46,331 bases of DNA from the IMG/VR virus record IMGVR_UViG_3300030433_002227, positions 1-46,331 of that record. One strand, written 5' to 3'. Made by a program: the position numbers and the translations under genes. This DNA comes from a virus (taxonomy: Duplodnaviria > Caudoviricetes). Numbering within the stretch: the stretch's first letter is position 1; every line of letters starts with the position of its first letter. Below the pieces are notes generated by a model that did not search any database, had not been told where the DNA came from, and saw nothing but the letters and a program-made list of their open reading frames with translations. Shown here in pieces: positions 16,834 through 25,576 of the stretch.

Positions 16834-18588
16834 CTATTCATAATCATAGTTTGGTAAATCCCTTACATCTTTTTCAACATAAATATGTTTTCTTAAATCA
16901 TAGGTGAAAATAACTTCTCCGATATTTCCATACAAACCTTGTTCCCTTACTTTGCGTGTCATTACTTTTGTTTCATCTGCATCAAAATCTCTATGAACAA
17001 CCAGACCTACATCTGCCATATTGTTCCAATGGGCTGACCCACTTACATCATACATACTTGGGGCAGGTATAATTCCGTCTTGATTGCGTTGCATTTTTGC
17101 AGGATGCGCCACCATCCACATTGCTATTTCATGCCTTCTACAAAATTGTTTACAAGCAGATATTAAATCACGAATATGCTCATCCTCTCTTTTGTTTCCC
17201 TCACGGCTTGAATCTATTTCATTGTAAGGATCAATTATGATGCCTTTTACACCATATCTAAGACAAGCGACTTTCATCTTACCCAATAACCAATCTATAC
17301 TTGGAATAGTATCTCTGCTCTCAATAAAATAAAATTTGTCTTTTAGAAAAGCCATTGAATTTATAAGGTCATCCGCTGACATTCTTTCACTAGGACCAAT
17401 ATCAAAAGGTTTTTGAACAATCTTTTCTGATAACCTTCTTATATGGTTGGCAGTTGAATGCTCTGGACTGAATATCGCAAATTTCCAATTTTCATTTTTC
17501 GCTAAGTTTATGGCTATCTGATCTATAAAATTTGATTTGCCATGATTGGGAACACCTGTAACTAAGCAGAATGTTGATGGCATCACTTTATATATTGTAT
17601 CTAAATTAGTAAAACCTGTGGATACAGGCTTCTGTACTTTACCTTCATAGATGTTATATACTTCTTGTTTATAATCTTCTGATGTATATATTCCCTCAAC
17701 AGGAAAATGAACACGTTCCTTTACAATTTCTTTTAAAATATCCGCACCATGATACATTAAAACTTCATTGGCATCTTTGGTACGAACATCATTAGAATCT
17801 GGGAATCTAACAATTGAACATCTATCCTTTCCAAACCTATGCAAAAGTTCTAACTGAAGTGCCTTACCTGCTTCATCATTATCAACTGCTAAAATTATTT
17901 CATCTGCATGGTTTATCCATTCCGCATCTGAAAGAGCTTGGAATCTTTTATCATCTGCATCAAACTTAGCAGTTTTTGGTGCGCCATCTGGTAATGATAC
18001 CACATGAGGAAAACCTGCTTCATAAAATGAAAGAACATCCATTTCACCTTCTACAAATATTAATCGCTTTTTTTTCTGTGGGTTTTTTTCCCAAAACTCA
18101 AGAACCCTATCCATATTAAATAACGTTCTCTTAGCATCTTTTTCTTGTCTAAACTGTTTATCCTTCGTTCTATATTTTATATTTACAAGTTCACCATTCT
18201 GGAAATACGGGAACGCAATACATCCTGCCTCACCATTGCTGAACCAATTTACTGTTCTTGTTATGTTGAATGCTTCTATTGTTTCTTTACTGATGCCCCT
18301 AGCTTTAAACCATTCCAACATAGAATTGTTTTCTGGGTCTGATTGTTTTGGTGGTTCTGGTTTTTTATATACCTTTTTTTGTGGAACTTGATAGTTATCA
18401 CCTGCAACACCGCCAACCCAATCACAATGATGACATTTCCATACTGCCCCCCCATCACTTTTTATTGTTACTGAAAGGCATTGGTCTTTTTTATTTTTTC
18501 TTGTATGTGAACATTGAGGACAAATAGTTTTATAATCCCCAACTGCATAACTTCTTAATCTAATATTATTATCTAATAATTTCTCCAT
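16834..18588 (-). CDS. Primase-helicase, T7 gp4/Twinkle-like
   Basis: Zn finger CPQC/CHHC, TOPRIM EGEMD, DNDEAG, KDANE; SF4 GVPNHGKS, IIDPYN, VAHP. Confidence 0.94.
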   Translation of the reverse strand: MEKLLDNNIRLRSYAVGDYKTICPQCSHTRKNKKDQCLSVTIKSDGGAVWKCHHCDWVGGVAGDNYQVPQKKVYKKPEPPKQSDPENNSMLEWFKARGISKETIEAFNITRTVNWFSNGEAGCIAFPYFQNGELVNIKYRTKDKQFRQEKDAKRTLFNMDRVLEFWEKNPQKKKRLIFVEGEMDVLSFYEAGFPHVVSLPDGAPKTAKFDADDKRFQALSDAEWINHADEIILAVDNDEAGKALQLELLHRFGKDRCSIVRFPDSNDVRTKDANEVLMYHGADILKEIVKERVHFPVEGIYTSEDYKQEVYNIYEGKVQKPVSTGFTNLDTIYKVMPSTFCLVTGVPNHGKSNFIDQIAINLAKNENWKFAIFSPEHSTANHIRRLSEKIVQKPFDIGPSERMSADDLINSMAFLKDKFYFIESRDTIPSIDWLLGKMKVACLRYGVKGIIIDPYNEIDSSREGNKREDEHIRDLISACKQFCRRHEIAMWMVAHPAKMQRNQDGIIPAPSMYDVSGSAHWNNMADVGLVVHRDFDADETKVMTRKVREQGLYGNIGEVIFTYDLRKHIYVEKDVRDLPNYDYE

Positions 18589-18589
18589 A

Positions 18590-19228
18590 TTATCCTGCTA
18601 TCTGGTTTTTAGTTGTTTGTGGTTTTTCAATGGAAATAGTTTCCCATCTTTTCTGGTATAACCAAGTTGTCGCATGAGGTATATATTTTTTTTCTGTATT
18701 TAAATTATCATGTTTAAATCTACATACTTTTAAAAACAATTCCCTTTGATCTATTTCTTGGTCTATTGCTTTTTCCCATAGTATAAAGGCTTTCTTCTTA
18801 GAGCCATCATTTCTAGGATACGCATTCCAAAATTCTTCAAAATCAGCAGGGTACTTTTTGTCACCCCTTTTTATTATATTTTTATTATTATTTATATTGA
18901 TAGTATTGGGGTTACTTTTTGTCACCCACACCCCCTCTTTTTTGTCACCCCCAATCTTAGGATTTATTGTGTAAAGATTACTTGTCTGTTTACCATCCGA
19001 AGTAAATCGTTCACTTATAGTTATGAATTTTTTCTTCTGCAAATAATCTAATGCTCTCTTAACAGTTCGTTCATTTGTTTCTGAAAGTTCCGCTAATGAA
19101 CCTATAGATGGGTAGCTTTGAAAATTTTCGTCAGCGTAATTACATAAATAAATCAATACATGTTTTGCTGTGGAATTACCAACTTTGGTTTTTTTGTTTA
19201 TAACATAAGAAATTGCTTCCCAACTCAT
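18590..19228 (-). CDS. Replication initiator (lambda O-like; N-terminal wHTH)
   Basis: LCNYAD...YPS...LA, SNLY, FEEFWNAYP, H..TWL...RW; internal iterons. Confidence 0.8.
   Translation of the reverse strand: MSWEAISYVINKKTKVGNSTAKHVLIYLCNYADENFQSYPSIGSLAELSETNERTVKRALDYLQKKKFITISERFTSDGKQTSNLYTINPKIGGDKKEGVWVTKSNPNTININNNKNIIKRGDKKYPADFEEFWNAYPRNDGSKKKAFILWEKAIDQEIDQRELFLKVCRFKHDNLNTEKKYIPHATTWLYQKRWETISIEKPQTTKNQIAG
18852..18950. repeat. Three iterons (TTTTTGTCACCC) with an AT-rich tract; probable replication origin
   Basis: Copies at 18855-66, 18916-27, 18939-50, not all in the same reading frame. Confidence 0.7.
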
Positions 19229-19330
19229 CAATTCTCCTTTTTTTTGTGGTAAAATATTTTATAAACAAAAATAAAAAAACTGCAAATAAAAAATTATTTT
19301 ACATTATTTTATATTAATTTATATTTTTAG

Positions 19331-19365
19331 GTTGACAAGTGCCAATATAATATATACCTTATAAT
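19331..19365 (+). promoter_or_regulatory. Early promoter with 16-bp operator (GTTGACAAGTGCCAAT)
   Basis: TTGACA-17-TACCTT, TATAAT just downstream. Confidence 0.65.
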
Positions 19366-19387
19366 TACACAAACAATGGAGAAAAAA

Positions 19388-19606
19388 ATGATCATAAAAG
19401 TAGAAAAAGAAAATTGCGAAGGTAACTGCATAGCATTTGTTTCAACAAATCTTCCAAGGCAAATATTATTTTTAGCAAACGAAATAACTCAAGATAATTG
19501 GACGATTCATTATAGTGATGATTTCGATATCGTTATTCCAGAAAGCGAAATTCAAGTATTCGATACTTTACCCAAAGCAATAAAAGAAGCGCAAAAATAC
19601 ATTTAA
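19388..19606 (+). CDS. Small hypothetical early protein
   Basis: GGAG-A6-ATG RBS. Confidence 0.7.
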   Translation: MIIKVEKENCEGNCIAFVSTNLPRQILFLANEITQDNWTIHYSDDFDIVIPESEIQVFDTLPKAIKEAQKYI

Positions 19607-19612
19607 ATAAAT

Positions 19613-19636
19613 GGGGTTTTAAACCCCCTTTGTTTT
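19613..19636 (+). terminator. Intrinsic terminator
   Basis: GGGGTT-TTA-AACCCC followed by CTTTGTTTT. Confidence 0.6.
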
Positions 19637-19653
19637 CATTAGTGGAGAAAAAA

Positions 19654-19863
19654 ATGAGTAACTTAAATAATCAATCTTTAAAAGAAAAATTATATGATCA
19701 AGCATATGAAGAACTTAGAGAGGATTTTCAAGCAGGTTTGGAATTTTTGATTGATACATCTTATCATCACAATATTGCGGTAAATTTAGCAGAAGCAAGA
19801 TGGCATGAGATGGATCATGATTTAAGTGGATATAGTTTCATAAATAAAAAAGGAGTTCATTAA
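19654..19863 (+). CDS. Small hypothetical early protein
   Basis: GGAG-A6-ATG RBS. Confidence 0.7.
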   Translation: MSNLNNQSLKEKLYDQAYEELREDFQAGLEFLIDTSYHHNIAVNLAEARWHEMDHDLSGYSFINKKGVH

Positions 19864-21050
19864 TGTTAAAATCACATTTGGATTCAGATATTGTAAAGAA
19901 AAAAGAACAACTAAAACCAGATGCTTTTGTCAATGAGGTGCTTGCAGGTTTGGCACAACCGAAAAGAGGTATTGAGAATTATCTAGGTAAAAACAAAAAA
20001 AGTGAATTTCATCTGCGTAAAGCACAAACCCAAATTGTTCAGAGTACAAAATATTTTCTATCTGATAATTTTGTGCGCCATGCAGTTTGGGGTTCATGGG
20101 TGCAACCGAGTAAAATAGTTCAAGCATTAGAATTTGCCATTCCACCATCCAATAATATGTGGATTGAATGGGATGAAAATTTTCGCAAAGAAGAAATCTT
20201 CAAAGTTTTTCAAAAATATATGGATGGACTTTTTGATAAGGGTGTGGATAAAGATACCTTAAAAATGGGTTATCATATCACTAGAGTATCACATAACCCT
20301 TTTGATGTTCACCCTCATACAAGAAGACCAGATTTTGAAAGCATTGAACGTGGAATAAAAGATTTTGATAGATTTAACTTTCAAGGTTTTGCAAAAGACC
20401 CAGAAGGCAATATATTGATATTACCTATTCAGTTTGATTTGTATAACCACCAGATTGACGAGACAGTTCTTTCTCAACAAAAATATAGAGATGATTTTGT
20501 GAAGTCTGGCTTGGATTTGTGGGGAGATGGTTATCTGCATTATTGGGGGTGCAAGGGACACAACACTGCAAAACTTTCTCGCAGAACGTGTTTGCAAATG
20601 GATAATCTTACATTTCTGACTATGAATTCTGAAATGATTGCTAATGCCCAATCAGATGATAGTGACCTTACAAAACATTTTGGAACAATATTGAGAGGTG
20701 ATCTGAGATTCCTTATTTCAGTATTTACAATTCTTAATTATCCAATTGTTTCACATGAAACGGTTCAACCAAAACAACAGATTGATACAATTCGTTGGGG
20801 TCGCAGAGTTCCAAAAAATGAATATAAAATATATGATGTGGATTTGCCAAAACCAAGAGGTGTTCGTATGTATGAATCCATGTTTACAGGTCATGGAACA
20901 CCAAAGCGTCAACACATCCGCAGGGGTCATCCAAGGCGAATCAAAAAGTTGGATGGCACAATAGAAACAAAATGGATTGAGGAACAGGTGGTTGGCAATC
21001 CAGAATTAGGAACGATAATAAAGGATTACAACCTCAAGGCAAAACTTTAA
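19863..21050 (+). CDS. Hypothetical protein with C-terminal HxRRGHxR motif
   Basis: 395 aa, AGGAG RBS; RQHIRRGHPR...W....VG. Confidence 0.8.
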   Translation: MLKSHLDSDIVKKKEQLKPDAFVNEVLAGLAQPKRGIENYLGKNKKSEFHLRKAQTQIVQSTKYFLSDNFVRHAVWGSWVQPSKIVQALEFAIPPSNNMWIEWDENFRKEEIFKVFQKYMDGLFDKGVDKDTLKMGYHITRVSHNPFDVHPHTRRPDFESIERGIKDFDRFNFQGFAKDPEGNILILPIQFDLYNHQIDETVLSQQKYRDDFVKSGLDLWGDGYLHYWGCKGHNTAKLSRRTCLQMDNLTFLTMNSEMIANAQSDDSDLTKHFGTILRGDLRFLISVFTILNYPIVSHETVQPKQQIDTIRWGRRVPKNEYKIYDVDLPKPRGVRMYESMFTGHGTPKRQHIRRGHPRRIKKLDGTIETKWIEEQVVGNPELGTIIKDYNLKAKL

Positions 21051-21124
21051 TTAATATTTACTATTATCCAAACAAGCAAACCAAGAACGACTGCCAAACA
21101 GATAAAAATAATTAGGAAAGCCAT
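21047..21124 (-). CDS. 25-aa single transmembrane peptide (not in the ORF track)
   Basis: GGAG-TTA-ATG; MAFLIIFICLAVVLGLLVWIIVNIN. Confidence 0.5.
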   Translation of the reverse strand: MAFLIIFICLAVVLGLLVWIIVNIN

Positions 21125-21133
21125 TAACTCCAA

Positions 21134-21325
21134 TTAGGTGGCTTTTCCTTGTTCACGATGCTCTGGGCAATACCAAGTTTTCCCAAAATCATAGCTATAG
21201 CAAGCCCTATTAGACCCACACACAAGGCAATCATGAGCCATGTGTACTTTATTCATCTGTTCACGATACCGTATGTCATGCCTCTTAAATTTGGGTTTTG
21301 GATATGTTGCCTTGCGATATCTCAT
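21134..21325 (-). CDS. Small Zn-ribbon-like protein
   Basis: CLVC...WYCPEH; ATGA coupled. Confidence 0.65.
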   Translation of the reverse strand: MRYRKATYPKPKFKRHDIRYREQMNKVHMAHDCLVCGSNRACYSYDFGKTWYCPEHREQGKAT

Positions 21326-21663
21326 TTACGAGACATCCATGCAGATACACCCATATAAGTACCAACGATTCCGCCACCTGTTATATATAACAGATTGCTC
21401 AAATCCGTTAATAATCTAATACGCTCATCAGGCACAAATGGCGCGAACATTAATAATGTATAAACCGCCATGAAGATAAGTACAGCAGTTGCCATTCGTC
21501 TTTGAGCTGTGAGCTTTCTAAGTTCTGCGTTATCTTTTGCATCTTGAGTTTCAATGGCATGAAGTTTTTCATAAAGAGCTAGTTCGTCATCATCGACCAC
21601 TCCATCACCATCTGCATCCAAATGATTATAGTTAGAATCCTTTTCTAATTTTTTTTGTATCAT
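21322..21663 (-). CDS. Two-TM membrane protein with an EF-hand loop
   Basis: DADGDGVVDDDE loop; two hydrophobic helices. Confidence 0.75.
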   Translation of the reverse strand: MIQKKLEKDSNYNHLDADGDGVVDDDELALYEKLHAIETQDAKDNAELRKLTAQRRMATAVLIFMAVYTLLMFAPFVPDERIRLLTDLSNLLYITGGGIVGTYMGVSAWMSRK

Positions 21664-22139
21664 AATGACCCCCTATTTACGAATAACCATGTTATTGCAA
21701 GAATGAAAATAGAAATAAAAATTATTAAAAATGTGATGGATATCGCTTCTATAAAATGTTTTCGTGCTTCTCGCTGTGCATATAAAGTCTCTTTTCTTTG
21801 TTTTCTAATATCAGCTTCCATTCGAATTAGCTCTTGCCAAGCGTTAGGTCCACACATCGCAGATATCAATTTTCTCAACTCATCACGTTGGTTTTCTAGT
21901 TGCTTTTTTTGTGTAAATAATTGAATAGCCTCTTCCTCAACAGATTTGCCATGAAAAAGTTTTCTGAAAATTGGTGGATTCTTGGCTTCATGGTGCGCTC
22001 TATCTATGTCAGATACTGCGCCCATCCAACGAGACAAATCACGACCCATAGACTCAATATCTCTGCCAATGCTGACTCCTTTTTTTAAAGCGGAAAAAGC
22101 TGAACCTGCGATTGCCATTGCCGATATAGGATCGACCAT
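21660..22139 (-). CDS. Coiled-coil protein with C-terminal TM anchor
   Basis: AGGAGG RBS; hydrophobic C-terminus. Confidence 0.78.
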   Translation of the reverse strand: MVDPISAMAIAGSAFSALKKGVSIGRDIESMGRDLSRWMGAVSDIDRAHHEAKNPPIFRKLFHGKSVEEEAIQLFTQKKQLENQRDELRKLISAMCGPNAWQELIRMEADIRKQRKETLYAQREARKHFIEAISITFLIIFISIFILAITWLFVNRGSL

Positions 22140-22185
22140 TCAAACCTCCTGTTTAAATGATAGCCCTATTAGACGTATCAATCAT

Positions 22186-22214
22186 ATTATATCAAAAAAT
22201 TTCCTTAACGACAA
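22186..22214 (-). promoter_or_regulatory. Sigma70-like promoter for the membrane gene cluster
   Basis: TTGTCG-17-TATAAT with TG extension; same style as 3972-4000. Confidence 0.5.
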
Positions 22215-22509
22215 TTGGGGGGTCATATGTTTGTATTATCTTCATCTTTAATTTATAAATTGGCGTTTTTGTGATGGGTGATTTGACATCTTCAATTATT
22301 GTTTCGCCATTTATCTTATATTCAAAGTCTGCCACATAATGACCTATTTTGACACCATTTACCCATAAGGGTATTCTTGGTTGCACTTTTAATCCATAGA
22401 TTTTACCTGTTGTTTCTAACAATGCAAGCTCTGAATATCTATGCGCTTCACGCTTAGATGCAAAACTTATTCCATCTACTATAGTTCTTTTATTTCTAAA
22501 CTTGTTCAT
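22192..22509 (-). CDS. DUF1064-family PD-(D/E)xK nuclease
   Basis: K..N....DGI.FASKRE, YVADF, EDVK motifs. Confidence 0.82.
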   Translation of the reverse strand: MNKFRNKRTIVDGISFASKREAHRYSELALLETTGKIYGLKVQPRIPLWVNGVKIGHYVADFEYKINGETIIEDVKSPITKTPIYKLKMKIIQTYDPPIVVKEIF

Positions 22510-22551
22510 TATTTGTTTTACTTTTATATTATTTTATATTATTTTATTTTT

Positions 22552-23316
22552 ATGAATAATAACGCTTATAATGAACATAATATTGAATGGCTTTCAGCAT
22601 CAATGATTAATTTATATATTGCTGACCCTGCGATGGCTATGATGAAGTTAGCAGGTTTTAAAGGATACGCAGGTGCTTCTGCGTGGAGAGGGATTGGAGT
22701 TGATAAAGCATTGACAACTGCAATACAAATATCTGACATCGAATTAGATTCAGTTATATCTCTTGGCAAAAAAGAGATGAGCCAACATAACCCAACACCT
22801 TTAATGGATGGTTATTCTGAGAAATACATCAAGGAAGAAAAAATATTAGAAAGATGTATTACAAAAGCATTTGATGGTTTCATACAAAAGTACAGACAAA
22901 AAGATTTAATTGCATCACAAGGAAAAATAACAGTAGATATTGAAGATATACCCATTCCGTTCATTGGGTATTATGACTGGTTGTTTGATGATTGCGTTGT
23001 TGATTTAAAAAGTAAGGGGCAGAAAACATCTAAAGCAGATGAGGGAGTTCATAGGCAACTTGCTATATATTCCAAGGCGACAGGAAAACCGCCTATCGTT
23101 GCATATGTTTCCCCAAACGATATAACAGAAATAGAGATTCATGATGTTGAAAAGCATCTTGATAATATAAGAACTGCATCATTCAATCTTGAGAGAATAT
23201 TATCATACTCAAGTGATATAGAAGAATGTTGCAGACTCTTATATCCAAACTTTGACCACTGGATGTGGGGCGAAAGTGAAATAACACAAGCAAAAAAAAT
23301 TTGGAGAATTAAATGA
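22552..23316 (+). CDS. PD-(D/E)xK recombination exonuclease
   Basis: LSAS, GYYD.L, VDLKS, QLAIY; precedes the annealing protein. Confidence 0.8.
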   Translation: MNNNAYNEHNIEWLSASMINLYIADPAMAMMKLAGFKGYAGASAWRGIGVDKALTTAIQISDIELDSVISLGKKEMSQHNPTPLMDGYSEKYIKEEKILERCITKAFDGFIQKYRQKDLIASQGKITVDIEDIPIPFIGYYDWLFDDCVVDLKSKGQKTSKADEGVHRQLAIYSKATGKPPIVAYVSPNDITEIEIHDVEKHLDNIRTASFNLERILSYSSDIEECCRLLYPNFDHWMWGESEITQAKKIWRIK

Positions 23317-23846
23317 GTACAGATGAATTTTATGTAAAGTACAAATCAAAAGATGATGTGAAACGTGCTAAATCAATTTGGGATAATTTGACACAACATG
23401 AAATAGAAGACCGCCATATTGAAGCAAGACAAATAAAACAAAAGTTCAAAGATGATAAGGGACAATGGCAAGTTAAAGATGTTACTCTTCATTATTATTC
23501 TTGGTCGGAGTGTTGGGCAGAACTAAAGAAAAGATATCCAACAGCGGATTGTGAATGGAAAACATTTGAACGTGAAGGCAAACAGCATGGATGTATGTAT
23601 TACCTTGATGGTTCAGCAGAAGTACAATGCACCATCACAATAGATGGATTAAGTCATACCATGCATCTTGCTGTCATGGATTACAATAATAAGGCTATAC
23701 AAAACCCAAGTTCTGTTGATGTGAGCAATGCTAAGATGCGTTGTATGGTCAAATGTATAGGATTATTTGGTCTTGGTTTAGATGTGTACAGAGGTAAATA
23801 TAGCCCAGATACAGAGGTAGCAGATGAAGAAAAAGACAGTAAATAA
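23313..23846 (+). CDS. Single-strand annealing protein, Sak3/DUF1071 family
   Basis: Y.SW...W, LAVMDY.NK, MRC.VK....GLGL..Y.G. Confidence 0.82.
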   Translation: MSTDEFYVKYKSKDDVKRAKSIWDNLTQHEIEDRHIEARQIKQKFKDDKGQWQVKDVTLHYYSWSECWAELKKRYPTADCEWKTFEREGKQHGCMYYLDGSAEVQCTITIDGLSHTMHLAVMDYNNKAIQNPSSVDVSNAKMRCMVKCIGLFGLGLDVYRGKYSPDTEVADEEKDSK

Positions 23847-24087
23847 AATTTGGCAGGGTAAATATGTGTCCATAAGAGATTATGAACTTAAAGAAGCAAT
23901 CAAAAAAGGTGGATTACTTATCACCTGCCAAGGAAAAGAAATGTTCATAGATGTTGATGAACTAAAATTTTTAAAACCTACAGGACATTGGCATCAATCT
24001 AAATTCAAAGGCAAGTATCAATTAGTTGATATTCTCTGGAGAGAAACAAAAAAAGATGAGAGGCAAGGAGAACTTAATGGCATTTGA
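23824..24087 (+). CDS. Hypothetical protein
   Basis: GAGG RBS; operon-coupled. Confidence 0.65.
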   Translation: MKKKTVNKIWQGKYVSIRDYELKEAIKKGGLLITCQGKEMFIDVDELKFLKPTGHWHQSKFKGKYQLVDILWRETKKDERQGELNGI

Positions 24088-24481
24088 GATGAAAAATCAA
24101 ACTGGTTCATTCTTTCAACCAAGAGATGACCAATCAATATTCTATCAAGGAAAAATAAAAATTGCAGATGAAGAAATAGATGCAATAATTATAAAAAAGA
24201 GAATACAAAATCAAGATTCTCGTTTCCGAATATTTGCAGATATTGGTGGTATCAAACCATTAACAGAATCAGATAAAGCAAAGTTCAAACAAAATCCCCC
24301 ATCTGTGAATGGTGGTTTTACAAAAGATTATGTTGAATACTGGTTTACTGCATGGAGCAAAGAAACTAAAGACGGTGATAGAATGTTATCCGCAACTATT
24401 GAACCAAAAGAAGAACAAAAAGAAATACCACAACAAAGTAAATCACAAGAATTTGAGCCAGAATTTGAAACAGAATTTTAA
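24077..24481 (+). CDS. Putative ssDNA-binding protein (OB-fold, acidic tail)
   Basis: AAGGAG RBS; AW.K..K.G...LS, acidic end EFEPEFETEF; recombination context. Confidence 0.6.
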   Translation: MAFEMKNQTGSFFQPRDDQSIFYQGKIKIADEEIDAIIIKKRIQNQDSRFRIFADIGGIKPLTESDKAKFKQNPPSVNGGFTKDYVEYWFTAWSKETKDGDRMLSATIEPKEEQKEIPQQSKSQEFEPEFETEF

Positions 24482-24789
24482 TGAAAAAAAGATACGCTAA
24501 TAAAAAACACCTTGATTGGATACATTCTCAACAATGTTGTTTGAAAGTCTATAGCCGATGTCAAGGTGCTATACAGGCGCATCATCTTTTAAAACCTTGG
24601 AATGGGACAAGAGGCATGGGCATGAAAGCAAATGATAGAAATCTTATACCCCTTTGTATGCACCATCATACTCAGTTACATAAAAGAGGAAATGAAAAGG
24701 CATTTTTCTTAGAGCAAACCAAAGATGAAAGTTTCGGTCAAACACAAGCAGAAGCATTTTGGGACTTCAGCCCATTCAATGAGGATTAG
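24481..24789 (+). CDS. HNH-like Zn nuclease (DUF968/Ref-like)
   Basis: C...QAHH...G.G.KA.D...IPLC..HH...H. Confidence 0.72.
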   Translation: MKKRYANKKHLDWIHSQQCCLKVYSRCQGAIQAHHLLKPWNGTRGMGMKANDRNLIPLCMHHHTQLHKRGNEKAFFLEQTKDESFGQTQAEAFWDFSPFNED

Positions 24790-25113
24790 ATGATTACAGA
24801 ACAAGAAGTCCAACTAGCAGTAGATTTTCTTAGGGATAACGCTGAAGATGCTTCTAAATGTAAAGCAGAAAGAATTTATCTTGAAGAGTACAGAAAATCT
24901 TTAAAAGCGATGTTGATGTCAAAATATAAAAGTTTACCTGTATCTGCACAAGAGCGTGAAGCATACAATAGTACGGAATACAAGGAACATCTAGTGGCAA
25001 TCAAGATTGCAGTCAAAGCAGATGAGAAACATAGATTTATGAGAGAAGCCGCCAAAGCAAAGATTGAAGCGTGGCGATCAATGAATGCAAATATGAGGGC
25101 AGTGACATTATGA
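24790..25113 (+). CDS. Helical protein, possibly UvsY-like recombination mediator
   Basis: EEYRKS.KA, SAQEREAY, IEAWR; GAGG RBS; function tentative. Confidence 0.6.
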   Translation: MITEQEVQLAVDFLRDNAEDASKCKAERIYLEEYRKSLKAMLMSKYKSLPVSAQEREAYNSTEYKEHLVAIKIAVKADEKHRFMREAAKAKIEAWRSMNANMRAVTL

Positions 25114-25310
25114 CACAAACAAAAGATAAAATAAATCAACGATTATATAATAAAGCTGAAACAGCAAAATATTTAGGATTATCAATACCAACTTTAAATA
25201 AACTAATAAAGGAGGATAAAGTTCCCCAAGCTATAAAGTTAAGTAAGAGAAGATGGGCATGGGATTCAGAAGTTTTGAGCAAATGGATTGATGAACAACA
25301 GGAAACATGA
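25110..25310 (+). CDS. AlpA/excisionase-like HTH protein
   Basis: E.AKYLGLS..TL...P..I.L..RR..W....L..W. Confidence 0.78.
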   Translation: MTQTKDKINQRLYNKAETAKYLGLSIPTLNKLIKEDKVPQAIKLSKRRWAWDSEVLSKWIDEQQET

Positions 25311-25316
25311 TACATT
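25288..25316 (+). promoter_or_regulatory. Promoter for candidate sRNA B
   Basis: TTGATG-17-TACATT with TG extension; predicted start about 25323. Confidence 0.45.
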
Positions 25317-25322
25317 AATTTT

Positions 25323-25418
25323 GAGGGTTGTCTTTTACATTGGCGTTTAATCCGACCCTCACCAACAATCTCATAATTTTCTCCCTAGCCCCATCTCAAT
25401 AGATTTGGGGTTTTTGTT
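25323..25418 (+). ncRNA. Candidate sRNA B (5' hairpin, anti-RBS linker, terminator)
   Basis: GAGGGTTG/CGACCCTC stem; linker CTCATAATTTTCTCC; terminator hairpin with U-tract. Confidence 0.45.
25388..25418 (+). terminator. Intrinsic terminator
   Basis: GCCCCA-TCT-CAAT-AGA-TT-TGGGGT followed by TTTTGTT. Confidence 0.7.
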
Positions 25419-25453
25419 ATTTTATATTATTTTACATTTTTTTTCATTTTATG

Positions 25454-25489
25454 GTTGACAATAGGCAACGAATAACATATATTTATAAT
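25454..25489 (+). promoter_or_regulatory. Early promoter with 16-bp operator (GTTGACAATAGGCAAC)
   Basis: TTGACA-17-TATATT; AT-rich upstream tract. Confidence 0.72.
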
Positions 25490-25576
25490 ATAAGGAGGTA
25501 ATTAGATAAGACAACAAGGTACGGAGTGAGCCGCAGATGCAAACCCAAAGACCAAACTTCTAATTACTTTCTTATA
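25489..25576 (+). ncRNA. Structured 5' leader (18-bp stem enclosing 52 nt)
   Basis: TATAAGGAGGTAATTAGA / TCTAATTACTTTCTTATA with two G-U pairs. Confidence 0.55.

Noticed and set aside
22552-23316. Cas4 / CRISPR system
   Set aside because: No array or other cas genes seen, no four-Cys cluster; the SSAP/SSB context indicates a recombination exonuclease.
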